Positions 18,409-27,530 of a DNA stretch of 64,000 nucleotides are shown here, in pieces. How positions within the stretch are numbered: position 1 is the first letter of the stretch; every line of letters starts with the position of its first letter. The stretch covers positions 4,255-68,254 of the forward strand of contig DASSNE010000056.1 in the NCBI GenBank assembly GCA_035688265.1. Direction: 5' to 3'. The DNA is from Gammaproteobacteria bacterium (GTDB lineage: Bacteria > Pseudomonadota > Gammaproteobacteria > Natronospirales > DASSBR01). The position numbers were made by a program, and so were the translations under genes. Below the pieces are notes generated by a model. That model searched no databases. It was not told the origin of the DNA and worked only from the letters and a program-made list of their open reading frames with translations.

Positions 18409-19251
18409 CTAAGCCAGCAACCGCTTCGCTACCTCGTGCGAATGCCGAACGTGAAGATGATGTGGGCCAGCCACATGTTCAACGCGAATATCAGACACAC
18501 AAGCTGCGCGCGCGGCCATGAGTTCGGATGGCAAATACGGCGTCGCAGGTTCTGCCAGCAGAAGCACGGTGGTCGCGTCGATTCCGGCAAGTACTCTCCG
18601 CAGCTGCGACTCCTCCACACGCAGCGGCGTACTCAAGCGCAAACGCGGATCGCTGCGCCAGACATGGCCGCCGTCAATCTCGCGCAGATTGCGCTCGACG
18701 ATCGGACGCACTTCATCCGCGTCCAGATCGCCGGTCGCTGTGCGAGCAGCCACGGCATCCTCAATTGATGCGAAGACTTTCGGCGAACGTCGTTTGCGCG
18801 AACGTTCGGCAGATGCCCTGCGCCAACGCATGAGCGTACCCGAGCAATCATCGGCAAGCGGCCCCAGCCCTTCGATCAACAGCAGTTTGCCGATACGGCC
18901 GGGTGCAGCCGCCGCCGTCAACGACGCAATACCGGCACCCAGCGAATGTCCCAGCAAATCGAAGCGATCCAGGCCCAGCGCATCCGCGAAGTCCTGCACA
19001 TTATCGACCTGGTCGACGATGTGATACCGCCGCGCCTGCGCGTTCAAATGCGCGGACCCGCCGTGGCCGGGCAGATCCAGCGCGATCACGCGCCATTGCT
19101 CGGCCATCAGTGGCGCGAGGCGCACAAAACTCGCCGCGTTATCCAGCCAGCCGTGCAGCGCCAGTAGCGGCGGCGCGGCCGGATCGCCCCATTGCAATGC
19201 GGCCAACTCGCCAAAGGGCGTTGTCAGAGAAAGATTTTCAGGATCGGTCAT
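18409..19251 (-). CDS. Alpha/beta hydrolase
   Basis: HGWLDNAASF and the GHSLGAGIA nucleophile elbow. The start is either the ATG at 19251 (MTDPENL) or the ATG at 19266. Confidence 0.75.
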   Translation of the reverse strand: MTDPENLSLTTPFGELAALQWGDPAAPPLLALHGWLDNAASFVRLAPLMAEQWRVIALDLPGHGGSAHLNAQARRYHIVDQVDNVQDFADALGLDRFDLLGHSLGAGIASLTAAAAPGRIGKLLLIEGLGPLADDCSGTLMRWRRASAERSRKRRSPKVFASIEDAVAARTATGDLDADEVRPIVERNLREIDGGHVWRSDPRLRLSTPLRVEESQLRRVLAGIDATTVLLLAEPATPYLPSELMAARAACVSDIRVEHVAGPHHLHVRHSHEVAKRLLA

Positions 19252-19382
19252 GGGATATTTTTGCAATACACATCCCGCCAGTTCCCGATTTTGACGACGA
19301 CTACAAGCAATTCGCCGTCTCTGATTTCATAGGGAATTCGATACACCCCCTGACGATAGCATAACGTCAACAGCCTACCTTG
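19248..19382 (-). pseudogene. Remnant of a RelE/ParE-family toxin gene (C-terminal ~40 codons only)
   Basis: My own translation of the minus strand gives QGRLLTLCYRQGVYRIPYEIRDGELLVVVVKIGNWRDVYCKNIP*. The G.YRI.YEI.D.ELLVVVVKIG.R..VY pattern is the RelE/ParE C-terminus. There is no start codon, no N-terminal half and no antitoxin gene. It is too short to appear in the ORF track. Confidence 0.55.
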
Positions 19383-19393
19383 CTATACTTCCC

Positions 19394-19984
19394 GTGGCAT
19401 ACATTAAGGGGAAGCCGCAAAAGGCCGAAGCACGCGTGAATCACATCACAGAACTCGACATACTGCGAGATGTGGTTCGGCGCCTCGAATCGGCTGGTAT
19501 CGAATACATGCTGACCGGGTCGCTGGCGATGAACTATTACGCAACGCCGCGCATGACGCGCGACATTGACTTGGTGGTGGCGCTGAACATGGATGATTCG
19601 GGGCGGCTGAAGCAGCTTTTCGAAGGCGACTATTACATTCCGGAAGATTCGCTGGTACACGCGCTCGCCACCCACGGCATGTTCAATCTCGTTCATCTTG
19701 AGAGCGTAGCCAAGGTGGACATCATCGTCCGCAAGGATGAAGACTATCGGCACGAGGAATTTGCTCGACGGCAGCGTGTCCGGCTGTCGGATTTCGACGC
19801 CTGGATTGTCAGCCGCGAGGACTTGATATTATCCAAGCTGGTCTGGGCAAAGCCGTCGCACTCGGACCTGCAGTTGCGCGATATTGCGAATTTGATCAAT
19901 CTGGATATTGACACAAAGTACCTGCGGCAATGGGCACCTCGACTGGACGTGGCTGGTTTGCTGGAGGACTGCCTGAATGAATGA
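19394..19984 (+). CDS. Nucleotidyltransferase-fold protein (minimal NTase/AbiEii-like), uncharacterised
   Basis: The block LTGSLAMNYYATPRMTRDIDLVV resembles the G[SG]-X9-13-D.D NTase signature. Start is GTG 19394 or GTG 19436. Visibly lower GC. Confidence 0.45.
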   Translation: MAYIKGKPQKAEARVNHITELDILRDVVRRLESAGIEYMLTGSLAMNYYATPRMTRDIDLVVALNMDDSGRLKQLFEGDYYIPEDSLVHALATHGMFNLVHLESVAKVDIIVRKDEDYRHEEFARRQRVRLSDFDAWIVSREDLILSKLVWAKPSHSDLQLRDIANLINLDIDTKYLRQWAPRLDVAGLLEDCLNE

Positions 19985-20222
19985 CACCAGCCCTGCAGTC
20001 GACCGGTACGTGCGCGAACGCTACGCCTCGATGACAGGCGAAGAGCGCTTCCTGATAGGCGCGCGCATGTTCGACACCGCACGCGAAATCGTGCTGGCTT
20101 CGCTACCGAAGGATTTGGCGCCGAGTGAACGGCGCCGTGCGCTATGCCGGCGGATTTACCCCGAACTGGGTGACGAGATATTCGCCGCCGCGGCGCGTGG
20201 CGCGCCGTCCAGCCGCGGCTGA
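19977..20222 (+). CDS. Small hypothetical protein, translationally coupled to the NTase-fold gene
   Basis: 81 aa. Its ATG at 19977 overlaps the upstream stop by 8 nt (ATGAATGA). I recognise no family. Confidence 0.4.
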   Translation: MNDTSPAVDRYVRERYASMTGEERFLIGARMFDTAREIVLASLPKDLAPSERRRALCRRIYPELGDEIFAAAARGAPSSRG

Positions 20223-20246
20223 TTATCTTGTTTCCGGCGATGCCGC

Positions 20247-20528
20247 TCAATCGGTGCGGCGGGTGACTTCCACGAGGTGGTAGCCGAACTGGGTTTTGAC
20301 CGGGCCCTGGACTTCGCCGACGGGGGCGCTGAAGACGACCTGGTCGAACTCGGGAACCATCTGGCCGGGGCCGAATTCGCCGAGTTCGCCGCCGCGCGCG
20401 GACGACGGGCAGGCGGAATGGTTGCGGGCGATTTCGGCGAAGTCGGCGCCGCCCTCGATCTGTGTCTTGAGATCGCGGCAGACGTTTTCGTCGTCGACAA
20501 GGATATGGCGGGCGCTTGCTTTGGCCAT
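20247..20528 (-). CDS. ppiC: Parvulin-type peptidyl-prolyl cis-trans isomerase C
   Basis: 93 aa from the ATG at 20528, with GGAG 9 nt upstream. Blocks [23 protein letters not shown] and FGYHLVEV. Confidence 0.85.
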   Translation of the reverse strand: MAKASARHILVDDENVCRDLKTQIEGGADFAEIARNHSACPSSARGGELGEFGPGQMVPEFDQVVFSAPVGEVQGPVKTQFGYHLVEVTRRTD

Positions 20529-20605
20529 GATGTGAATCTCCATGGGGATTGCGGTCCGGGCGGGCCGATGAAAACTGCCATTGTAGGTGCGGCGGCCTGG
20601 CGGCG

Positions 20606-21715
20606 CTACAGCGAAGGCATTACTGATGAGTAGCGACCTGTGTCGAACAACTCCTCCTGCACCGCGAAATCCTGGCGATCCACAAAGCCCGACAGGCCGA
20701 CGCCGACCAGCCGGTAGAGATCGTCGGCGGGGCGCTCGACCCGCGCGCGCAGCGCACACGCCAGGTCGGCCACGTCTTCGGCCGAGGCTGGATAGGCCGG
20801 CGGCGTGAAGCTGCGCGTGAGAATCCGAAAATCGGCCGTCTTCAACTTGAGTACGACGGTGCGGGCGATGCGGTCTTCCTCGCGGCTTGCGGCGGCCCAG
20901 GTCTTTTCGGCCAGCCGGCGAATGTGCCGTTCGATTTGATCGAGCGTCAGGTCGTGCTCGAAGGTGTCTTCGGCCGAGACCTGCAATGTCGGCCGGTCGG
21001 GCTCGACGGCGCGGTCGTCGATGCCGCGGGCGAGTTCGTACAACCGCTGACCCCAGCGGCCGAAGCGTTGTTCGAGCGTGGCGGCCGGCACGGCGCGCAG
21101 ATCGCCGATCGTGGCGATGCCCATTTCCGCGAGCTTGCGGTTCATGACCTTGCCGACGCCGGGAACTTTGCCGACCGCAAGCGGCGTCAGGAAGGCCTCG
21201 ACGCGCGCCGGCCGGATCACCATGAGGCCGTCCGGCTTGCGCCAGTCCGACGCGATTTTCGCGAGGTACTTATTGGGCGCGACGCCTGCCGAGGCGGTCA
21301 GGCCGGTTTCGGCGCGAATCGATTTGCGGATGGCCTGCGCGATCGCGGTCGCCGATGGCAAGGGGCGCTTGGGCACGGTGACGTCGAGATAAGCCTCGTC
21401 GAGCGACAGCGGTTCGATGAGGTCCGTGTAGCGCGCAAAAATCTCCCGCACCTGCCGCGACACGGCCTTGTAGCGCGGAAAGTCCGGGGGCACGAAGACG
21501 GCCTGCGGGCACAGCCGCTCGGCCCGCGCCGCCGGCATCGCCGAATGAATGCCGAAGCGGCGCGCTTCGTAGCTCGCCGCGCAGACCACGGAACGCGCGC
21601 CGCGCCAGGCGACGACGACCGGCCGCCCGCGCAGCGCCGGATCGTCGCGCTGCTCGACCGACGCGTAGAACGCGTCCATGTCGATGTGCACGATCTTGCG
21701 TTGCGGTGCGGCCAT
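20606..21715 (-). CDS. dinB: DNA polymerase IV (Y-family)
   Basis: Start at 21715 ([24 protein letters not shown]). SLDEAYLDV and the little-finger region are present. The track ORF is extended upstream by 37 non-conserved codons. Confidence 0.9.
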   Translation of the reverse strand: MAAPQRKIVHIDMDAFYASVEQRDDPALRGRPVVVAWRGARSVVCAASYEARRFGIHSAMPAARAERLCPQAVFVPPDFPRYKAVSRQVREIFARYTDLIEPLSLDEAYLDVTVPKRPLPSATAIAQAIRKSIRAETGLTASAGVAPNKYLAKIASDWRKPDGLMVIRPARVEAFLTPLAVGKVPGVGKVMNRKLAEMGIATIGDLRAVPAATLEQRFGRWGQRLYELARGIDDRAVEPDRPTLQVSAEDTFEHDLTLDQIERHIRRLAEKTWAAASREEDRIARTVVLKLKTADFRILTRSFTPPAYPASAEDVADLACALRARVERPADDLYRLVGVGLSGFVDRQDFAVQEELFDTGRYSSVMPSL

Positions 21716-21889
21716 CCGAAATATTGTATCGCGCCCTCGTCCATGATGATCTGGAAGCCGTAGAGCACTCTGTCTCGCCAGATGCAACCGGTACGGCACC
21801 TCATTCATGGCGCATTTTGGGTGCAAAATCCGATGCAGCGGCTATACTTTGAACTGGTTCACTAGGGAAAGCCCGCTCGGGGAAACGCC

Positions 21890-23014
21890 ATGGAACGACA
21901 TACCTCGCTATACCTTGACGTCATGCGGTTCAGTGCCGCGGCGGCCGTATTCTGCGCACACTTCTCCTCCCAACGTTATTCCGCCGGCTTGTTCTGGCAG
22001 ATGGAACACTACGGCGGCCAGGCGGTGATGATCTTTTTCGTCCTGTCCGGTTTCGTCATTTCGTATACCGCCGACACGCGCGACGACACTCTCCGGGTGT
22101 TCATGCGCAACCGGCTGGCGCGCATGTACTCGGTGGTAGTGCCGGCCTTGATCCTGACTGTGGCCGCCGATTCGATCGGTCTGGCGCTGGCTCCGGATTT
22201 GTACTCGCCGACGTGGGGTTTCCAGAACAACATGCCATTTGTGCAGTCGCTGCTGACGCTGACATTTCTGACCCAAGCGTGGGGCATGCACGTTCAGCCG
22301 TTTTCGATGGGGCCGTTCTGGTCTCTCAGCTACGAATTCTGGTATTACATCCTGTTTGCCACGCTCATGTTCCTGCGCGGGCGCAAGCAATTCGTCGTGC
22401 TGGGTCTCGCGATCCTCATTGTCGGTGCACCGATTCTTCTGCTGCTGCCCGTGTGGTGGCTGGGCGTGATGACCTACCGTTTCACCAAGCGTCACCGCGT
22501 TTCCGAGCCGGTAGGCTACATCCTGTTCATCGGCTCGTTCGTCGCGTTTGCAGCGTTGCAGGTAATGCCCGGTCGTGACGGGCTCGATCCATGGTTCCAC
22601 GACCACATCTGGCCCTATGTGAATCGAGAGTTCTTCCCGCCGATCAATCTGATATTCGACTGGATGCTGGGTCTGCTGGTTGCAGCCAATATTCTGGGTT
22701 TCAATGCCATCGGGCACCGGGTGATCGTGCCACTGCAGCGTGTCAAGCGCCCAATCCGATACATCGCCGGCCTGACGTTTTCGCTGTACCTGTACCATAT
22801 GCCGCTGCTGCAATTGGGTGCGGCTGTCTACGGCGATCATCCGAATTCATGGGGCCAGAAAGTCTTTTTGCTGTCGACCGTGCCGATCATCATCTGGTTA
22901 ATCGGCTCGGTTACAGAGCATAAAAAAGAGGTCGCCCGCAATATGATTTTGTTCGTAGAAAACGCGGCGCAGTCAGGCTACGCGAAGGTTAGTGGGCGGC
23001 TTGGGCAGGCCTAA
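21890..23014 (+). CDS. Acyltransferase family 3 (OafA/NolL-like O-acyltransferase) membrane protein
   Basis: 374 aa and about 10 TM helices. The N-terminal LDVMRF.AA..V...H motif is typical of acyltransferase_3. Lower GC than neighbours. Confidence 0.8.
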   Translation: MERHTSLYLDVMRFSAAAAVFCAHFSSQRYSAGLFWQMEHYGGQAVMIFFVLSGFVISYTADTRDDTLRVFMRNRLARMYSVVVPALILTVAADSIGLALAPDLYSPTWGFQNNMPFVQSLLTLTFLTQAWGMHVQPFSMGPFWSLSYEFWYYILFATLMFLRGRKQFVVLGLAILIVGAPILLLLPVWWLGVMTYRFTKRHRVSEPVGYILFIGSFVAFAALQVMPGRDGLDPWFHDHIWPYVNREFFPPINLIFDWMLGLLVAANILGFNAIGHRVIVPLQRVKRPIRYIAGLTFSLYLYHMPLLQLGAAVYGDHPNSWGQKVFLLSTVPIIIWLIGSVTEHKKEVARNMILFVENAAQSGYAKVSGRLGQA

Positions 23015-23101
23015 TGCTCAAGTTGCCTATTACCAACTGTGCACAGCTTCCCGCCGCGCAGGCGAAAATGCTAATCTCGGGTTTTGCGCAGGGATGCCGC
23101 T

Positions 23102-23560
23102 ATGCCTGAATCCTCCGAAACACTGCCCCGTCTCGTCGGTCTGAACCACATCGCCCTCGAAGTGGGCGATGTCGAAGACGCGCTGACGTTTTACGGCAAG
23201 CTGTTCGACATCAACTTGCGCGGCCGCGGAGATGGCCGCGCGTTCATCGACATGGGCGACCAGTTCATCGCGCTGTTCGAAGGCGGTTCGCGCGTGGCGG
23301 ACGACCATCGGCACATCGGGCTGGTGGTCGACAACAAGGCGGCCGTGCGTGAGCGCCTCGATCAGCTTCGCATCAAGATATTGTCCGACCGCTTCCTCGA
23401 CTTCCGCGATCCGTGGGGCAATCGTATCCAGATCATCGACTACGCCGACATCCAGTTCACCAAGGCGCCGGCGGTGCTGAAGGGGATGGGGCTGGACGGG
23501 CTTGAGAAATCGGACGACGCAAAACAACAGTTGCGGGACAAGGGGATGGCGCCGACGTAA
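23102..23560 (+). CDS. VOC (glyoxalase/bleomycin-resistance/dioxygenase) family protein
   Basis: LNHIALEVGDVEDALTFY ... HIGLVV ... DPWGNRIQI, the VOC beta-alpha-beta-beta-beta pattern. Confidence 0.75.
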   Translation: MPESSETLPRLVGLNHIALEVGDVEDALTFYGKLFDINLRGRGDGRAFIDMGDQFIALFEGGSRVADDHRHIGLVVDNKAAVRERLDQLRIKILSDRFLDFRDPWGNRIQIIDYADIQFTKAPAVLKGMGLDGLEKSDDAKQQLRDKGMAPT

Positions 23561-23586
23561 GCTCGAGCGTCATTGTCGATCCCTTC

Positions 23587-24258
23587 TTATTGCCAGCTTC
23601 TCACAGCCCGCTGAGCCTTATCGTTCAACGGTCGCGCAAGCAGCCCGGTATTGCTGATCCACACCTGGTAACGCGCTCCATCGGTCATCGGCAGATAGGT
23701 TGCGCTGCCGTAGCTGGCGTCGATGAACGGCAGCCAGCCGGCTTCATTATGAGCCAGGTTCCAGAGGCTGATCCCTTTCGGGTCGCTCAAGCCGACCACA
23801 CTCGGCGGTGCGGTCTGAGCCTGGTGCAGGTTGTCGTAGCGACCGTGGATACGCTCGATACGATAGAGCGGATCGAATCCCAGCAGCGTCGCGACGCTTT
23901 TCCATTTGAGGATGCGCGCGTCGAGTTGCCATTCGTCGCCGCGCAGGGTGACCTGCCGGTCGCGGCCGTCGGGAAAATGCAGGTCGACGGCAAATTGCTG
24001 CGGGCCCAGTTGCGCGAAGCTCAGCTCGGCCACCGGCCGCTCGTTGGTGAAACGCTGCCAGGTGAGGAGGTTGAGGCCGATCAGCAGCGCCACCGCGGCA
24101 ATGAGCGCGATGCAGCAGCCGCTCAACGTTTGCAGCGAACCGCGTACGAGCTGGCGGCGCCGAAAGCGCAACAGGCCGGACAGGATAACCAGCAGCGCGA
24201 ACGCGGCGATCACGATCACCGCGAGGTACAGCCAGCCACTTGTCCCCAATCCGTTCAT
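23587..24258 (-). CDS. Hypothetical membrane protein (two N-terminal TM helices)
   Basis: Start at 24258 ([26 protein letters not shown]). I recognise no family. Divergent from lptM-polA. Confidence 0.55.
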   Translation of the reverse strand: MNGLGTSGWLYLAVIVIAAFALLVILSGLLRFRRRQLVRGSLQTLSGCCIALIAAVALLIGLNLLTWQRFTNERPVAELSFAQLGPQQFAVDLHFPDGRDRQVTLRGDEWQLDARILKWKSVATLLGFDPLYRIERIHGRYDNLHQAQTAPPSVVGLSDPKGISLWNLAHNEAGWLPFIDASYGSATYLPMTDGARYQVWISNTGLLARPLNDKAQRAVRSWQ

Positions 24259-24305
24259 GCGGGTTCCTTTATACTCTCGTTTTTGTCCGAATCCGAGAAA
24301 GCGCC

Positions 24306-24467
24306 ATGCGCCTTTTTGCACTACTGGTACTCATAAGCCTGCTCGCCGGTTGCGGGCAGAAGGGGCCACTGTATCTGCCGCAGACAAAACCGGCGCCGGC
24401 GCATCCCGCCACGCCCGTACCGGCGACTGCCTCACTGCCGCAACCCACGACCCTGCCGCCGCAATGA
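24306..24467 (+). CDS. lptM: Small lipoprotein of the YifL/LptM type
   Basis: 53 aa: [26 protein letters not shown] followed by a Pro/Thr/Ala-rich tail. The GCG.KGPLY.P signature matches E. coli YifL/LptM. Its stop overlaps the polA ATG (ATGA). Confidence 0.65.
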   Translation: MRLFALLVLISLLAGCGQKGPLYLPQTKPAPAHPATPVPATASLPQPTTLPPQ

Positions 24468-27142
24468 CAACAGCCAGAACTCTCGTCCTCGTCGACGGCT
24501 CATCCTACCTGTATCGCGCCTTTTACGCGCTGCCGCCGCTGGCCAACGCGGCCGGCGAGCCGACCGGCGCGGTGTACGGCGTGGTCAACATGCTGAACAA
24601 GCTGGTCAACGATTACCAGCCGGAACACATCGCGGTGGTGTTCGATGCGCGCGGCAAGACGTTTCGCGACGAACTGTTCGCCGAGTACAAGGCCAACCGC
24701 GAAGCCATGCCGGACGATTTGTCGGCGCAGTTCGAGCCGCTGCAAACGATTATCCAGGCGCGCGGCTGGCCGCTGTTGCAGGTGCCGGGCGTCGAGGCGG
24801 ACGACGTGATCGGCACGCTGGCGCGCCAGGCGTCGCAGGCGGGCCTCAAGGTCGTAATTTCGACCGGCGACAAGGACATGGCGCAGCTCGTCGACGGCAA
24901 CGTGACGCTGATCAACACGATGAGCAACACGATCCTCGATGCCGACGGCGTCAGGGAAAAGTTCGGCGTCGGACCGGAAGGCATCATCGACTACCTCGCA
25001 CTGGTCGGCGACACGTCCGACAATATTCCCGGCGTGCCCAAGGTGGGACCGAAGACCGCGTCGAAGTGGCTGGCCGAGTACGGCTCGCTCGACGGGATCA
25101 TCGCGCATGCCGAGGAGATCAAGGGCAAAGTCGGCGAAAGTTTCCGCGACAACATCAATCAGCTTGAACTGTCGCGCCGGCTGGCGACGATTCGCTGCGA
25201 TGTCGAACTGGAGTTCAAGCCGGAAGACCTGGTCGCGTGCGCGCCGGACATCGAGACGCTGCGCGAGACTTATGTGCATCTCGGCTTTTCGAGCTGGCTG
25301 AAGGAGTTGCCGACCGAAACGGCGGCGGAAGCCGCGCGCGAGTATGAAACGGTGCTGACGCTAGACGCGCTCGAGCGCTGGATCGAGCGACTCCGCCAAT
25401 CGGAGTTGTTCGCGTTCGATACCGAAACCACCAGCATCGATTACATGCAGGCGGAGCTCGTCGGGCTGTCGTTTTCGATCGAGCCGGGCGAAGCGGCCTA
25501 CGTGCCGGTTGCGCACACCTATCCCGGCGCACCGGAACAACTTGATCGCGAGACGGTGCTGGCGAAACTCAAGCCGCTGCTGGAGGACCCGGCGCAGGCC
25601 AAGGTCGGCCACCACATGAAATACGATGCCCACGTGCTCGCGCGCTACGGCATCGAACTCAACGGCATCGCCTTCGATACGATGCTCGAATCCTACGTCC
25701 TCGACAGCACCGCCAGCCGCCACGACATGGATTCGCTGGCGCTCAAGTACCTGGGACTCGAAACGATTCATTACGAAGACGTGGCCGGCAAGGGCGCAAA
25801 GCAGATTCGGTTCGACGAGGTCGATATCGAAGCGGCCACCGAGTACGCCGCCGAAGATGCGGACGTGACGCTGAAGCTGCACCGCGAACTGTGGCCGAGG
25901 CTCGAAGCGGAACCGCGCCTGGCTGCATTATTCAGCGATCTTGAGATGCCGCTCGCGCGCGTGCTGTTCAGGATGGAGCACACCGGCGTGCTGGTCGACT
26001 GCAACATGCTCAATATGCAGAGCAACGAGATCCGCGCGAAGATGGCGGCGCTGGAAAGGGAAGCGCACGATCTCGCCGGCGGCCCGTTCAATCTGGGTTC
26101 GCCGAAGCAGTTGCAGCAGATTTTCTTCGAGCAACTCGGCCTGCCGATTCTGCGCAAGACGCCCAAAGGTCAACCGTCGACCGCCGAAGACGTGCTGCAG
26201 GAACTCGCCGCGGATTTCGACCTGCCGCGGGTGATCCTCGACTACCGCGCGCTCAGCAAGCTCAAATCAACTTATACCGACCGGCTGCCGGAATGCGTCT
26301 CTTCGAGCAGCGGCCGCGTTCACACCTCTTATCATCAGGCGGTCGCGGCAACCGGCCGGCTGTCGTCGTCCGACCCGAACCTGCAGAACATCCCGGTGCG
26401 TACGGCCGAAGGCCGCCGGATTCGCCAGGCGTTCATTGCGCCGCCGGGCAGCAAGATCGTCGCGGCCGATTATTCGCAAATCGAATTGCGCATCATGGCG
26501 CACCTGTCCGGCGACGCCGCGCTGCAAAAAGCGTTTTCCACCGGCGAGGATATTCATCGCGCCACCGCGGCCGAAGTGTTCGGCCTGGATCCGGACGAGG
26601 TCGGCAACGACCAACGGCGTTCCGCCAAGGCGATCAACTTCGGCCTGATCTACGGCATGTCCGCGTTCGGCCTCGGCCGCCAACTCGGCATCGACCGCGG
26701 TCAGGCGCAGGATTATATCGACCGCTACTTCGACCGTTATCCGGGCGTCAAGCGCTTCATGGACCACACGCGCGAGCTGGCCCATGAGCAAGGCTACGTC
26801 GAAACGGTGTTCGGCCGCCGCCTCTACCTGCCGGACATCAACTCGCGCAACGGCCAGCGTCGCCAGTACGCCGAGCGCACCGCGATCAACGCGCCGATGC
26901 AAGGCACCGCGGCCGATATCATCAAGCGCGCGATGCTCGCGGTACAGGCCTGGCTCGACGAATCCGGTATCGACGCCCGTATGGTGATGCAGGTCCACGA
27001 CGAACTGGTGTTTGAAGTAGCCGAAGGGGCGCTCGATGAACTGCGCGCCGAGGCCACCCGGCTGATGGAATCAGCTGCGACCCTGGCGGTGCCGTTGCGA
27101 GTGGACGTTGGCATCGGCACGAATTGGGATGAAGCGCATTAG
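24464..27142 (+). CDS. polA: DNA polymerase I
   Basis: 892 aa from the ATG at 24464. 5'-nuclease region ([16 protein letters not shown]), 3'-5' exonuclease region (FAFDTETTS), and polymerase motifs [26 protein letters not shown] and QVHDELVFE. Confidence 0.95.
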   Translation: MTTARTLVLVDGSSYLYRAFYALPPLANAAGEPTGAVYGVVNMLNKLVNDYQPEHIAVVFDARGKTFRDELFAEYKANREAMPDDLSAQFEPLQTIIQARGWPLLQVPGVEADDVIGTLARQASQAGLKVVISTGDKDMAQLVDGNVTLINTMSNTILDADGVREKFGVGPEGIIDYLALVGDTSDNIPGVPKVGPKTASKWLAEYGSLDGIIAHAEEIKGKVGESFRDNINQLELSRRLATIRCDVELEFKPEDLVACAPDIETLRETYVHLGFSSWLKELPTETAAEAAREYETVLTLDALERWIERLRQSELFAFDTETTSIDYMQAELVGLSFSIEPGEAAYVPVAHTYPGAPEQLDRETVLAKLKPLLEDPAQAKVGHHMKYDAHVLARYGIELNGIAFDTMLESYVLDSTASRHDMDSLALKYLGLETIHYEDVAGKGAKQIRFDEVDIEAATEYAAEDADVTLKLHRELWPRLEAEPRLAALFSDLEMPLARVLFRMEHTGVLVDCNMLNMQSNEIRAKMAALEREAHDLAGGPFNLGSPKQLQQIFFEQLGLPILRKTPKGQPSTAEDVLQELAADFDLPRVILDYRALSKLKSTYTDRLPECVSSSSGRVHTSYHQAVAATGRLSSSDPNLQNIPVRTAEGRRIRQAFIAPPGSKIVAADYSQIELRIMAHLSGDAALQKAFSTGEDIHRATAAEVFGLDPDEVGNDQRRSAKAINFGLIYGMSAFGLGRQLGIDRGQAQDYIDRYFDRYPGVKRFMDHTRELAHEQGYVETVFGRRLYLPDINSRNGQRRQYAERTAINAPMQGTAADIIKRAMLAVQAWLDESGIDARMVMQVHDELVFEVAEGALDELRAEATRLMESAATLAVPLRVDVGIGTNWDEAH

Positions 27143-27319
27143 TACAGTAAAGATAAGGAGTGGCAGCCGCCGGGAAAGGTGCTATGCTGAAGTTAGGCCA
27201 AAAAAATAATTCGAGGGAAAACCCTTGAATGGAAACAAAAAAGTGACGCAGTTCAAAAAAATTTTTGAATTTTTGGCTTTGACCCATTGAACTTTTGGTT
27301 GCGGCGCCTTACTAATGAC

Positions 27320-27441
27320 TGTGAGCGCCGCAATGACGCTCGTCCGCTCCCCTCCCTGAGCGGACAAGCCATCCGGTCTTCCCCAAGCCGGATGTGAACT
27401 TGCCCCGGTGTTTTCCCCCCTTTAACACCGGGGTTTTTTTT
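27320..27441 (+). ncRNA. Candidate sRNA in the polA-engB spacer (5' end approximate)
   Basis: Promoter-like TTGAAC (27287-27292) - 17 nt - TACTAA. Hairpins at 27342-27349/27358-27365 and 27370-27376/27388-27394, followed by a terminator. All three loops are C-rich (CCCTCCCT, TCTTCCCCAAG, TTCCCCCCTTT). Confidence 0.35.
27403..27441 (+). terminator. Rho-independent terminator
   Basis: 10-bp stem CCCCGGTGTT (27403-27412) / AACACCGGGG (27424-27433) followed by T8 (27434-27441). Confidence 0.8.
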
Positions 27442-27451
27442 GCCCGAAAAA

Positions 27452-27530
27452 AGTAGCTAGTGCTGAGTCGCTAGTAGCTAGTACTGGAAGCGCGCCCTAT
27501 TCTTCCCCTAGCCACTAGCCACTAGCCACT
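27452..27530. repeat. Heptad-periodic palindromic repeat (AGTNGCT units)
   Basis: AGTAGCT AGTGCTG AGTCGCT AGTAGCT AGTACTG ... then on the other arm (CTAGCCA)x3. The right arm runs into the last codons and stop of engB. Related to the element at 48818-48908. Confidence 0.5.

Noticed and set aside
21716-21889. Looked for a LexA (SOS) box upstream of dinB
   Set aside because: There is no CTGT-N8-ACAG. CTGT at about 21768 is followed by ATGC at the required distance. I see no Xanthomonadales-type TTAGTA...TACTAA motif. The palindrome GAACTGGTTC near 21852 has the wrong spacing for known LexA boxes. I cannot claim SOS control from sequence.
27182-27367. 61-aa minus-strand ORF and a 14-codon plus-strand ORF (27184..) in the polA-engB spacer
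   Set aside because: They lie in the AT-rich, low-complexity spacer, have no RBS, and overlap the hairpins of the sRNA candidate. They are more likely non-coding.
27452-27530. Short tandem 7-mers (also at 48818-48908) considered as a possible CRISPR array
   Set aside because: The units are 7 nt with no spacers, the arms are mutually complementary, and no cas genes are present. These are palindromic REP-type repeats, not CRISPR.
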